From Squalus acanthias (lineage: Eukaryota): a DNA stretch of 64,000 bases. This document shows positions 37,190 through 50,095 of this stretch, one piece after another. The stretch lies in the NCBI GenBank assembly GCA_030390025.1, contig CM059432.1, forward strand, positions 15,688,001 to 15,752,000, read 5' to 3'. Every line of letters starts with the position of its first letter. The first letter of the stretch is position 1. Position numbers and translations under genes: made by a program. The notes under the pieces were generated by a model that was not told the DNA's origin, did no database searches, and worked only from the letters and a program-made list of their open reading frames with translations.

Positions 37190-37690
37190 CCCTCTCCCTT
37201 CAATTTCCCCCTCCCTTTTTCGCCCCACGACATTTCCTTCCCCTATGTCTTCCTCCCTATACTCCTCCTCCCCCATTCCCCTCATTCTCTCCCATCTAAT
37301 TCCCTTCTCTCCCATCTAATTCCCTCCTCCCTGCTCTTCCTGTCTCACCCCCATTTCTCGGCCCTTCATGCTTTTCCCCATTTTTCCCAGTTCCTTCTTC
37401 AATTTGCCCCTCCTTCCCCTTTTCTAGGATCCCCTTCCCAAGCCTTTAACAATATTCCATCTTCTCCCTCCCTCCTAGCCTCTAACCTTCCTTTACCTTT
37501 CCCCGCCACCTGGCTTCTAGCCCTGCTCTTCTATCCAACTCTCCTCTGGCCTCTACTCCTGCTTTAACTTCACCCTCTCTCCCCAGCCTCTAACACGCCT
37601 CTACCTCCCACTCTATCTTCCTTGCACCCCAGCTATATCTACCCACTCTGGCCTCCATCATCACAGTCTTCCCTAAGCCCTGGTCAAATT
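37190..37690. repeat. Pyrimidine-rich low-complexity tract with a short tandem duplication (tctcccatctaattccc x2)
   Basis: ~500 bp dominated by C/T on the + strand. Confidence 0.75.
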
Positions 37691-37841
37691 ATCCCCTACA
37701 CTCTAACCCTGCCTGACTTGACTACTTCAGTGGTGACTCCCTGTGTGCAATGCCACAGGAGATCAACTAGTATATAGCCATTTTTAAGTATTACTAGTTT
37801 AAATGTTACTGAAAAGCAGGCTTTTTCATCAAGAAGCCTTA

Positions 37842-38235
37842 AAACATTCACTCCCTCCACCACCGGCGTACTGTGGCTGCAGTGTGTACCATCTACAAGA
37901 TGCACTGCAGCAATTCGCCAAGGCTTCTTTGGCAGCACCTCTCAAACCCATGACCTCTTCCACCTAGAAGGACAAGGGCAGCAGGCGCATGGGAACACCA
38001 CCACCTCCAAGTCACACATCATCCTGACTTGGAAATATATCGGCTGATCCTTCATCGTCGCTGGTTCAAAATCCTGGAACTCCCTCCCTAACAGCACTGT
38101 GGGAGTACCTTCACCACACGGACTGCAGCGGTTCAAGAAGGTGGCTCACCACCACCTTCTCGAGGGCAACTAGGGATGGGCAATAAATGCTGGCCTTGCC
38201 AGCGACGCCCACATCCCATGAATGAATTTTTAAAA
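37842..38235 (+). mobile_element. 'AAHHHLLKGN' family LINE 3' end
   Basis: Collinear with the other copies. Confidence 0.8.
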
Positions 38236-39484
38236 ATCTTTATGCTTCTACTGAAAGAATTCGCCTCAGACTAAACAAGGTAAGTAACTAGCCATCCTCC
38301 AATACGCCATACACAGCCAGCCTTACAAACATACGGACAATGACGGACAGGAAAAAGCCCTCTGGTCCATCCAGCCTGTTTCACAGTGGTTAAGAGCAAA
38401 GTATTTAAAGAAAATTCATATAAAAGTTACACAGTTGTTCGCAGTAGAAAATCTAATGATAAACATAACATTTTCTACACATGACACCTTTTGCTGCAGC
38501 ACTAGCGAGGGCTCTTTAGTGACCATATTTTAAACTATTTACCCCCTGTTTGCCACTGCCTGTTAAAGTATCTTTGTGCTCATTACACAGTTGGCTGCGT
38601 TGGGAATAAGCCACTTCTGACTGCACCGAGATTTGTTTTTTTTTTGTTCCTTCTCCCAAAAGCTGAAGCAGTATAATCGCACCATGAAAACTGCAGCTGA
38701 TACAGCTCATTTTAAATCCTACTTCAACAATCAGTCAAAGCAAATTATTCTTTTCAGCATCTACTCACTTCAATCAGCACAATACAGTTAAAAGAAATCA
38801 ACCCTGGTTCCTCGTAATTCGAAGTTACAGTTTTACAACACAGTGCACTCAGTTCAATATTCAGCCATCCATCAATGGACCTTTTTAAAAAAAAATCAAA
38901 CGTGAACTTCTCATTTCCTTCCCCCTCCGTCAATGTTATCCCCTTTTTCTCTGTGCCATGTACCTCCGATTTCCATCTTTTACCATTTCTAACATGAGAC
39001 AGGGGGCAGGATATTGTGGTTGGCCGGGGGGCGGGGGAATAGTGGGCGGCATCATGGCCAAGTTTACAGACTCACTTTGGCAATAACGAAAATTCATACC
39101 TGCACGTCATGGCCGGCCTCCCATCTTCCACCCTCCATAAACTGGAGCTCATCCAAAACTCTGCTTCCCGTATCCCAACTCGCACCAAGTCCCGCTCACC
39201 TGTCATCCTTGTGCTCGCTGACGTTTCTGAAGCCATCACATTTCAATGTGATGGCTTCAGATTTAAACTCTACTGATTTAACAAAGTAGCTCAGCATTTT
39301 ATTAGCTTTGTGCATTGCAATGACTGGACATGGTCATTCAACACCATTCATTAAGTAACTGTGCCCCTTCCCCCATTTTTTTCTTCCACTATGTACGGAA
39401 CTTCAGATTTGGTTTTGGAGTGCTCTGTGCAATTACATTTTAAATATATTTTCTAATGACGTTATGTAGCAGAATGGTGACCAT

Positions 39485-40009
39485 CAGTGTTTCCCTCTAA
39501 AATTCCATTCTTGAGCACGACCAGTTTAGTTCAATGCACAGTACCTTTAAATTTAAGCAGTATTTAAAAGTGGCCTGAGTGGTAGCTTCCAGATTCGGAG
39601 CTCCGACACGGCAAGAGAGCCCCAGGTGGGCAGAGGAAACACTTCAAGGACACCCTCAAAGCCTCCTTGGAAAAAGTGCAACATCCCCACCGACACCTGG
39701 GAATCCCTGGCCCAAGACCGCACGAAGTGGAGGAGAAGCATCTGGGAAGGTGCCGAACACCTCGAGTCTCTTGGCCGGGAGCAAGTGGAAACCAAGCGGA
39801 AGGAGCGCAAGGAGCGCACGTCAACCCAAGCACCCCACCCACCGTCTGCCCCACCTGTGACAGAGACTGTAGGTCCCGCATTGGACTCATCAGTCACCTG
39901 AGAACTCATTTTTGATGTGGAAGCAAGTCATCCTCGGTTCCGAGGGACTGCCTAAGAGAGAGAGAGAGAGCTTCCAGATTGTTACGCACACAGCTTAGAG
40001 GGAACATTG
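39485..40009. mobile_element. hAT-type MITE (~140 bp) with a nested RTE
   Basis: TIRs cagtgtttccctctaa / ttagagggaacattg; 8-bp TSD gtgaccat (39477-39484) / gtgaccgt (40010-40017). Confidence 0.75.
39596..39968 (+). mobile_element. RTE LINE 3' end
   Basis: RTE ORF end, (AG)n tail, 12-bp TSD agcttccagatt at 39584-39595 and 39969-39980. Confidence 0.9.
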
Positions 40010-41064
40010 GTGACCGTGTCTTGGAGCCTTTGCACCCGGCGCCCTGGATTGGTAGGATGTAGCGTTTTAGCAGCCAATCCCTCTGTGCTATGTTCCCAAT
40101 TTCGGCTGTGCCAATGAAGGATATTGGTGAATGGAACTTGAGTGTCTCCCAGAATGGAATGTCATCCTCAGGCTGGCCTCACACACCTTCTAGTGGTCAG
40201 TTATGTACCGGTATCTGTAGATGATTGAAAGTGGTCACTCCTGGCTCAGAATGGCATCAGGTACAACAGCACCTAACTGAACTACTTACATAAAATGAAA
40301 ATGCAATTTAGGAGTAATTTGAGGGAAAGAATGAAGCGTAGGTGGATTTCCTGAACGAGCAGTTCTGTATATAATAGGACGCTGACTGACAGCTGCACTG
40401 TGCTGCTAGTTCCTTGGCTTTTGGTAGCAAGCAACGTTGCAGGGCAGAGGTCATCGCCATTTGTAAACAAAGCTCCTGTTTCAGGATCTCAACCTCTACT
40501 CCAAAAATTTCAAAAATGTCATGAAACGGATTGGGTTTCAAATGACATTTTGGGCGAGTTAATCTGCTTCAGTGATGGCACTTACGTTAAAGCCTTTTTG
40601 TTGGCCATTTTTAACTTGAATGCTCCGTTAGCAGAAGCTGCTCTCTGTAAATGTGTTGGTGACCTGAGAGAGAGAACGCGTGTTGGCGTGAGTCAGTGTT
40701 CGATCAGGCACATTTATTTTCTACCATCTCAATAAGAAGCGAGATTGCTGCAGCTGATTAGTTCACATTCAAGCAAAGATGTGCGATCGATTTAGTTTGT
40801 ACGTTACTGACAATTCCTTATTAAATTTTTGTGGTCAGGTGTTCAAAACCCAGGAAGTTCCAGTAACTCCTTTCTGGTATATAAAAAGAATTTGACAGTT
40901 AATTAGAGAGAAGGAAGGAGCTAATTTGAATATATCTGAGAAGGAATAAATCACTTTGAAACTTCTAAGAGATAATTTAAATTAATGCAGTGGTAAGCAA
41001 TTTAAAAATATAAACACTGCATAACATAAAAAGTTATTTGCAAATGATTAGCTTAGTATTGATT

Positions 41065-41425
41065 TTTTAAAATTCATTCACGGGATGTGGGCGTTGCTGG
41101 CAAGGCCAGCATTTATTGCCCTGGCCTAATTGCCCTTGAGTGGCTTGCTAGACTATTTCAGAGGGCAATTAAGAGTCAACCACATTGCTGTGGGTCTGGA
41201 GTCACATATAGGCCAGACTAGGTAAGGACGGCAGATTTCCTTCGCTTATTAGTGAACCAGATGGGTTTTTACGACAATCCGGTAGTTTCATGGATTACTG
41301 AAACTAGCTTTTTATTCCAGATTTATTTAATTAACTGAATTTAAATTCCCCAGCTGCCGTGGTGAGATTTGAACTCACGTCTTTGGATCATTAGTCCAGT
41401 ATCATAACCGCTATACACCTGTACC
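41065..41425 (-). mobile_element. Second SINE family copy (as 36545-36965)
   Basis: Reverse-complement similarity to 36545-36965. Confidence 0.7.
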
Positions 41426-41614
41426 CCTGGAATTGCGATCCTTTTATTGCTTTTCCATCCAAGGAGTTCGGGTGGAAGGATTTATACTGTAAATATATAA
41501 TTGTAAATGATTGTTACTTATTTGCTTGTTCAGCTTTTGTTAAGTATGGTTTTAAACTTAAAAAGCAGGCCTAAAGCTGTGATGCTCGATTTGCTCATTG
41601 AAGACAAGGCATAG

Positions 41615-42445
41615 GATAAGAACATAAGAAATAAGAGCAGGAGTAGGCCATACGAACCCTCGAGCCTGCTCCGCCATTCAATAAGATCATGGCTGATCAT
41701 CGACCTCAACTCCACTTTCCCGCCCGATCTCCATATCCCTTGATTCCCCTAGAGTCCAAAAATCTATCTCAGCCTTGAATATACTCAAAGACTCAGCATT
41801 CACAGCCCTCTGGGGCAGAGAATTCCAAAGATTCACAAAGCTCTGAGTGAAGAAATTCCTCCTCATCTCAGTCTTAAATAGCCTACTCCTTATCCTGAGA
41901 CTATGTCCCCTAGTTCTAGACACTCCAGCCAGGGGAAACAACCTCTCAGCATCTACCCTGTCAATCCCCTTTAGAATCTTGTATGTTTCAATGAGATCAC
42001 CTCTCATTCTTCTAAACTCCAGAGAGTATAGGCCCATTCTACACAATCTCTCATCATAGGACAGCCCTCTCATCCCATGAATCAATCTAGTGAACCTTCA
42101 TTGCACCACCTCCAAGGCAAGTATATCCTTCCTTAGATAAGGAGACCAAAACTGTGCACAGTACTCCAGGTGTGGTCTCACCAAGGCCCTGTACAATTGT
42201 AGCAAGACTTCCTTACTGTCATACTCCAACCCCCTTGCAATAAAGGCCAACATGCCATTTGCCTTCCTTATTGCTTGCTGTACCTGCATGCTAGCATTCT
42301 GTGTTTCTTGCATGAGGACACCCAAATCTCCCTGAACACCAACATTTGAAAGTTTCTCATCATTTAAAAAATATTCTGTTTTTCTATTCTTCCTACCAAA
42401 GTGAATAACCTCACATTTCCCTACATTATACTCCCATCTGCCACC
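41615..42445 (-). mobile_element. CR1 LINE 3' part
   Basis: ORFs 42098-42325 and 41687-42085 with LVRPHLEYCAQFWSP / RGDLIETYKIL / WNSLP. Confidence 0.9.
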
Positions 42446-43090
42446 TTACTGCCCACAATAAGACCAGTTGCTAGAAGAAATGATTGGATAGGGTGGCCAT
42501 TTTCAGGGGTGCCTGAAGAAAGTAGATGTTGTGGGTAGTTCCGGGACCCCTCGCTGACCAGCAGGGTTCTCTGGGGCAGCTCGAAGCTAGAAGTGCACTG
42601 AAGGTTAAAGAATTCCACCTTTCCCCTTCCCCAGGATAATGTTCGGAGTCCGTGGCCTCCAGCTGCAGCAGCCAGTAGGCCCCATTGCCAGTGGCTCCTG
42701 TTTCATACCCTGCCTCCTAGTGCAGGACCCAGGATAAGAAATCCCAGTGCTCTTGGGCCTGGCCAGACGTCATGCACTTCACCATAATGGTCCTTTCCAC
42801 TGCCTGGGTAGAGGGGGTCCCCAGATAATCAGCCCTAGTGGTTTTCTTTACATTGTGGTCGGGAAACGTTTGCAATTCTTTTAAAATTTTAAATCACTTT
42901 TCTAATCATATATTTAAAAAAGCCACTGAGATTTTTGATTTTTCTTTGTGAAAAGGAAACAGTTGAATTGGCAGCAATGGTCCAATGTTACACGCTACCT
43001 GTGATGGCAGGTTGTTTTTTCGTATTTTGCAAAAGTCGTGCCGCAAATGTCAAAGAGCCAGAGATGGCTTGTAAAGAATTCCAAGTGCCA

Positions 43091-44485
43091 AGTGTCAGCT
43101 GTGGCTCAGTGGGTAGCACACTTGCCTTTGAGTCAGAAGGTTGTGGGTTCATAAATCTAGCACATAAATCTAGGCTGACACTCCAGTGCAGTGCTGAGGG
43201 AGTGCTGCACTGTCGGAGGTGCTGTCTTGCGGATGAGACGTTAAACCGAGGCCCCGTCTGCTCTCTCAGGTAAAAGATCCCATGGCACTATTTGGAAGAA
43301 GAGCAGGGGAATTATCCCCGGTGTCCTGGCCAATATTTATCCCTCAATCAACATCACTAAAACAGATTATCTGGTCATTTGCTGTGCGCAAATTGGCTTT
43401 TTTTTAAATTCGTTTTTTTTATGGGATGTGAGCGTCGCTGGCAAGGCCAGCATTTATTGCCCATCCCTAATTGCCCTTGAGAAGGTGGTGGTGAGCCGCC
43501 TTCTTGAACTGCTGCAGTCCGTGTGGTGAAGGTACTCCCACAGTGCTGTAAGGGAGGGAGTTCCAGGATTTTGACCCAGTGACGATGAAGGATCGGTGAT
43601 ATACTTCCAAGTCAGGATGGTGTATGACTTGGAGGAGAACTTGGATGTGGTGGTGTTCCCATGCACCTGCTGCCCTTGTCCTTCTAGGTGGAAGGTGCTG
43701 CCGAAGAAGCCTTGGCAAGTTGCTGCAGTGCATCTTTTAGATGGTGCACACTGGAGCCACGGTATGCCGGTGGTGGAGGGAGTGAATGTTCATGGTGGTG
43801 GATGGTGTGCCAATCAAGTGGGCTGCTTTGTCCTGGACGGTGTCGAGCTTCTTGAGTGTTGTTGGAGCTGCACTCATCCAGGCAAGTGGAGAGTATTCCA
43901 TCATACTCCTTACTTGTGCCTTGTAGATGGTGGAAAGGCTTTGGGGAGTCGGGAGGTGAGGCACTCGGTGCAGAATACCTAGCCTCTGACCTGCTCTTGT
44001 TGCCACAGTATTTATGTGGCTGGTCCAGTTAAGTTTCTGGTCAATGGTGACTCCCCAGGATGTTGATGGTGGGGGATTCGGCGATGGTAATTTTGTTGAA
44101 TGTCAAGGGGCGATGATTAGACTCTCGCTTGTTGGAGATAGTCATTGCCTGGCACTTCTGTGGCACGAATGTTATCTGCCACTTATCAGCCCAAGCCTGA
44201 TCGTCGTTCAGGTCTTGTTGTATGCGGGCATGGACTGCTTCATTATCTGAGGAGTTGTGAATGGCGCTGAACACTGTGCAGTCATCAGCGAACATCCCCA
44301 TTTCTGACCTTATGTTGAGGGGAAGGTCATTGATGAAGCAGCTGAAGATGGTTGGGCCTAGGACACTGCTGCATATCACACATTACAACAGTGACCACAC
44401 TCCAAAAGTACTTCATTGACTGTGAAGCGCTTTGAGACGTCCGGTGTTCATGAAAGGTGCTTGATAAATGCAAGTCTTTCTTTCT
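43091..44485 (+). mobile_element. DeuSINE split by the LINE at 43398-44367
   Basis: 5' part to ...gcgcaaattggct (43397) and 3' part gctgca...cattacaacagtgac from ~44368. Confidence 0.82.
43398..44367 (-). mobile_element. 'AAHHHLLKGN' family LINE, ~1 kb including RT motifs
   Basis: SVLGPTIFSCFINDLP...MFADDCT (RT motifs); YKAQVRS.MEYSPLAW. Confidence 0.88.
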
Positions 44486-44851
44486 AGGTGGAAAGTAGTA
44501 ACTAATTTCAATCAAGAATTTGTTCCACTTAGTGTATTCCACACCATCATGCATCAAGTATAATTGCTGTAGTTATACTAAGTTAGTCTACAATACTCTC
44601 CAGTAGAGTGTGAATGTACATTTAATCAGAATGCCTACCTTTTCTTAAAAAAAAGCTGATTAAATAACTTGTAGCTGTTCCAAATAAAGACGATAAATGA
44701 TAATCAGAATCCACACATTCTCCACAAATAATGCACCTTTTTAAATGTCGTTCATTGCAACAAGTTACAAGAGCAATCAGATATTTGCAGCTATTTATAA
44801 ATGAGCATCGGCATTTTTAATTCACAGTTTTTTTTCCTTCTTTCCTTTAAG

Positions 44852-45094
44852 GTATTTCAAGTAGCCTATGTTATCATTAAAGCTGCAAATTCTCCTCGAC
44901 CTGGAAACTGGGTATTGGAACGCTCGGTTGATGGCATTGAATTTACACCGTGGCAGTACTACGCCACAAGTGACACCGAGTGCTTGACTCGCTACAACAT
45001 CGTACCTAGAATCGGGCCTCCAACCTACAAAAGAGACGATGAAGTGATCTGCACATCTTACTATTCTAGACTCGTCCCACTAGAACACGGAGAG
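44852..45094 (+). CDS. LAMA1: Laminin alpha-1 coding exon (probably exon 4)
   Basis: [28 protein letters not shown]...[14 protein letters not shown]; long pyrimidine tract + aag acceptor, gtaaat donor; 243 bp, phase 0-0. Confidence 0.96.
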
Positions 45095-45324
45095 GTAAAT
45101 TAATCCTCAAAAAGAGATATAAGAAATAGTCGCTAGCACCTACATTTTAAAATAGGCATGTTGATAGATTGCTTGTCCAACTGATACATGGGCAAGAAGA
45201 CAATTTAAAAAATCGCAACTTAGTATTAGAGAGAAGAATGATCACTAAGAAATATATTGAACAGCAAATGCAGGATGGACTTCATAAATGTAGTGATGTT
45301 AAACATGAACGCAGCAACCACACT

Positions 45325-45650
45325 AGAGAGAGGTAGGACATGCGAGGGTAAACATATCAGGAAAGGATGAACAGGCTGGGTCTCTTTTCTCTTGAAAAAA
45401 GAAGGCTGAGGGGTGATCTAATAGAGGTCTTAGAGTGGTGAGAATGTGAAACTCGATACCACAGGGAGTGGTTGAAGCGAATGGTATAGATGCATTTAAG
45501 GGGAGGCAAGACAAGCATATGAGGGAGAAGGGAATAGAGGGTTATGCTGATAGATTTAGATGAGGGAAGACGGGAGGAGGCTCGAGTGGAGCATAAATGC
45601 CGGCACGGACTGGTTGGGCCGAATGGCCTGTTTCTGTGCCGTATATCCTA
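45325..45650 (+). mobile_element. CR1 LINE 3' end
   Basis: RLGLFSLEKRRLRGDLIEV-like sequence plus CR1 tail. Confidence 0.75.
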
Positions 45651-46237
45651 TGCGTTGTTTAGAACAAAGTGTTTTGAACAGGGGATACGACAGTGCCTTG
45701 TTAATATAGCAGATAAAGAAGGATGAGGTGAAACCATTATTCAAAGTGTGAAGGCTAATGAGGGTAGAATTAAATGACAGTGAAGCAGCCCTGAGGTTGA
45801 TCTGTTCTTCCTTTGGTGTCAGTTCAGAACTTGAGGTTTAAATAATTTTATCGTAGGAAATATGCTGATTTTTTTTTTGATGAATGAAACCTTTATAAAT
45901 ATGCAATGCAATGCAAATATCCTGAAAGTTACAGTAGCAGTCACTGTAAAAAGTATCAGACAACTTCTATAAAAAATCTTGCAATTTTATTGTACAAAAT
46001 AGTTCCTTAAAACTCGCCAAAGAAAGCAAGAGACTTGATTCCAAACACATGTACAATGATAGTCAATATTTAGCTACTTATGGGACAGTCCTTGAATATT
46101 ATCGTCAAACTGACCTGACTAATACTGGATATTATGTTGGCTTGGTTTCATGATTTTTAAATGAACTGCACTCGTTTGGCCTATAAAGAAATACATTCTG
46201 TCATAGATTTATCCATAATGGCATTCGAAGAAGCCAT

Positions 46238-46893
46238 GGGGGGGGACGATTTTAACTCTACCAACCCGACAGAAACTAGGCGGGTGGGCATTTAGGGTCG
46301 CCCAGGTTACTTACCTGCCCTGGAGCCACCGGGAGCTGACCGATCACAATTTTAACCGGCTCAACTGAGCTGGTGGTTAAAAACACCCGCACAAAGCCAG
46401 AGGGGTCTTTTTTTTTCACGTGCGTGTCGGGTCCCGATGATGTCATTGGGATCCGACTGCCATTTTAATTCGGCGGCCTGAGTGGGAAGCCGTAGAAAGT
46501 TTCCTGTCAGGCCAACCCAGCGGGGAAGAGGATCGGGGCCAGAAAAAGTCCCAAAGAAATAGGTTTTAAATATTTTTTTTATACTTTCCTTGTTGGACCA
46601 GGAGGAGCTCTCTCTGGGCCCTATGAGGAGAGCTTAGGCCTCCCCTGCTGCAGACTTGCGCTGGCTTCGGCGGCCGATCCCTCCACTTACCTGTTGCCAG
46701 CGGGCGGCGTCTGGGTCTCGTGACTTTTTGCCGCTTCCCACCGACTTCCGGACCGGAAGTTGGCCGGCGGGATTTAATATGAGGCTGGGGAAGTTAAAAT
46801 ACCCCGGGCCTCATTTTTGGAGCAGCGGGTGAGTTGCTAACTCGCACTGCTGCCCACTCACCCAAAACTCGCCCAGAGTTAAAATTGGGGTCC
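46238..46893. mobile_element. GC-rich Harbinger-type MITE
   Basis: Ends ggacgattttaactc / gagttaaaattggggtcc; internal palindromes. Confidence 0.6.
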
Positions 46894-48569
46894 ATATTTT
46901 CATTTCTCTGTCGAGCATGATAAAAAAAAATGCATAACTCAGCTGCACAAAGCCAGGAATGTTAGCGAAAGGACTGTACACAGCTGGAATCCTGAGGAGA
47001 GAATTTTTGGCAGCGTTACAGTCCAGATCTGTAATTAAAGTCTGCATTGTCTGTGTTCCCAACTGATTGTTCCTAGTTTAACTGAGTCTATTCATGTTGC
47101 TTCTTACTTGTCTGTGAAAGGCAGACGCATAATGCAATGCTTTATTAAAATTACCAGCGGGTCTGTATGACATGCCAGTGCCTCTTGTATGAATGCAGAC
47201 GATCATTCTAGCCAAGCACGTAGACACTTCATTTACTAACTGCATATGTGTTGGATAAAAATTAATTTCAACCCCCCCCCCAAAAAACGGGTGGGTTGGG
47301 GGGGTCGGGTGAGATGTTAAAAAAAAAAAAAATTTCAATCGCAAACCCGACCCCAACCTGCCTCCAACCCGGCTAGTTCTGGGTTTAACAGAGGCGGGAC
47401 AGGGGGCGGGCAGCCAACCCTTTCCCAGGAGGCGGGTTGTCCATTTAAATATTTTAATGAGGCTGGCAGCCTCTGATTTTACCTTGTGTCTGTTGTTTGT
47501 TGATGAAGCTATTGCTGTTAAGTTTAGAATTTGGCTTTCGCCTCATCCATTTTGAACTGAATTTCCGATGTTAATCATTTGTGATTGGGTCTTGTGCTCT
47601 CTGGTCAGCCTTTACTGTCTTCTGGCAGAGGGGGGGGTCGTGGTTATGAAGGGCCGGCAAATCTGCTATTCATGCACTGAATCACTGAATATTGGAATTT
47701 GGGAGGCCGTCATTTTATACTGAATGTCCACGGTGACTACATTTCATGGGGATTGTTGTGACGGCTGTGGCTGTGCTTAGGTTTGATGTACTTTGATTGT
47801 TGTATTTTGTGAGGTAATTTTTATGCAATTTTGTTTTTTTTCCTACACTAAAATAGAGAAACAAGATTATGTCCCCTCAGGATAGAATTTCTTCCCGTAT
47901 GATTTCTTCTTCTCTGTGGGTAAAGTCCTTTTATCTTTCTCTCTTGGTCTAATGGACTGTACATCAACTGTGGCAGAGATTTCACCAGTGCCACCCTGAT
48001 ACAGCTGCTAAGATCACCTTTCATGTTATTTTTCTCCCTGCCCTTCACTCACCGCTGCCGACCCACAATGATGCAGCACGGAGATCAAACCTTGCGCGCT
48101 ATCACGACAGAGGTGCTCCCTCACACACAGTGCGAGCACACCTCCTGTGTGTGACATCTGATCATAGGCGAAGCAAATTAGCCTGCAACAGGTGGCTAAT
48201 TCTCTCCGAACAAACGGGGTGACCTTGCCAAAGAGGCCAGAAGGTGAATAAATGGACACAACGAGGGTGTGACCAACTAGAAGTATGGGCGGAAATCACT
48301 ACTGGTGGTTCCTGAGCCATAATTAGTTATGCCAGAAATAGACTTAATTTTGCCCGTATAAATTTGGCACTCGGGGTTGCTATGATCTTGTTTAAAGGGA
48401 CAGTTTGCAACTGTACTGTTAATTTTTCACGCTTATTTTGAAGTTTTGGGGGTTTATGTTTGAGCTTCTTCTTTTCGGGGACCCACTGTGTAACTGAGGA
48501 GAGTTTATGGCATAGGTTTGGACCACAGATGTTTTGCTACCAAGCTACTAATGAACCACGGATATTCCT

Positions 48570-49640
48570 ATGGGCATCCCTCCTTATTATGCTAATTGGA
48601 GGAAGGAAATGAAGAGGAGGAATGGAGGAATGTGAGACGCATCAGGTTACACCAGGAGAGGATTGTGACCACTTGGCATTACCCTCCCAACTAGATAGAG
48701 ATATATACCAGAACTCATCAGAGGAATGGTGTAAGCATAGACTAACTAGGGAGGCAGTGAAACCACACTCCAGGCCAGGAACAGTACTGCCTGTGGATTT
48801 CAAAGTCCCTCCTGTTCTGAACTTCTATGCTTCAAGCTCATTCTCGGCTGCCACAGAGAACACCAGTAAAACCAATCATAAGAACATAAGAAATAGGAGC
48901 AGGAGTTGGCCATACAGCCCCTCGAGCCTGCTCCGCCATTCAACAAGATCATGGCTGATCATCGACCTCAACTCCACTTTCCCACCCGATCTCCATATCC
49001 CTTGATTCCCCTAGAGTCCAAAAATCTATCTGTTTAAGAACATAAGAACATAATCAATCTGGGTGTACAATTATAGTAAACATGTGACTGATGTCTTGCT
49101 TGCCAGAGTAAGAAACATCACTGCCGTAGACGACCGGCAACAGTATAAGAGGGTACTGCATGTTTTCCAAACTGCAGGAATCCCCAACCCCCCCACCCCG
49201 CCCCGCCCCAAGTCCATGGTATCATTGATTGCATCCATGTAATCCTATACAACAATTGTGCATTTATGAATCAACAGGCCTATCACTCCATCAATCTGTA
49301 GCTGGTTTGTGAAGATCTGCAAAGGATGTGGTTGTCGTGGGGGGAAAAATAAAGCGATGGCTCATGACGTCTCCCAAAATAAGAGACCCCATCATTACTT
49401 TATAATATTGATATGAATTGCATATGCCTAGCATATACAGTTACCTCCCACCCACATTGTCGCAGGAAGCAGTAATGATGCTTTCATTTTAAGGCATTTC
49501 ACTCCATCTCCTCCCCAGTTATTGGACGCAGAAAGAGGCGTGCAGGGTTCGCCACTCTCTGCAGTGTTGTGAGTTGGAGGGATCCCCCGGGTCCCTGGTC
49601 ATTTAGAGAATGAGAAGGAATACATCTTACAATGGTGTCT
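48570..49640 (+). pseudogene. Fossil HARBI1-like (Harbinger) DDE transposase, interrupted by a CR1 tail at 48876-49050
   Basis: Ordered peptides SEEWCKHRLTREAV, LPVDFKVPPVLNFYASSSF, VTDVLLAR, QVHGIIDCIHV (49209-49241), FMNQQAYHSINL*LVCE (49263-49313), AGSSNDAFILRH (49462-49497) match HARBI1-type motifs IDCTH, NRKGFHSINVQLVCD and PGSXHD. Confidence 0.8.
48876..49050 (-). mobile_element. CR1 3' tail
   Basis: Near-identical to 41615-41770. Confidence 0.85.
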
Positions 49641-50095
49641 TGGAAAAACACTTCAAAATTACATTTCAGCTGAATGAAGGAAATGGGTTGTTCACTGTGA
49701 GCTTTGGTGGCAGTCAGTGAATCGGATGAGAGAACAATGAGTTTGGTACAAATTTAGAGCCTGCGCCTGGTGGGTCCCCTACTTTGACGGCCATAATTAA
49801 GTCATCAATTTTTTTGGCACTTAAGCCACATCCTCTGAATGGTGCCAGTGGCATTGATGTTCCTGCCACCCTCCTGCCGTACTGCCAAAGAGATGATTTG
49901 CTCACATGGCAACCACAGGCAGGGAAACAGGACATCTCCCCTGGCGTGCAATTGCTTCAGCAGATCTGAATGGCTCATCTGAACACCAATGGTGGCTTGC
50001 TGCTAGCACGGCCGCCTGAGATATTTTGAAAATTTGGGTCATATGCCCACATAACAGCAGTGCTAGCACTCCAAAAATAATTAATTGGACACAGA

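Noticed and set aside
47848..48290. Myb partner gene next to the fossil transposase
   Set aside because: Only a vague peptide (EISATVDVQSIRPR) without the Trp/QC.KRW hallmarks; not supportable
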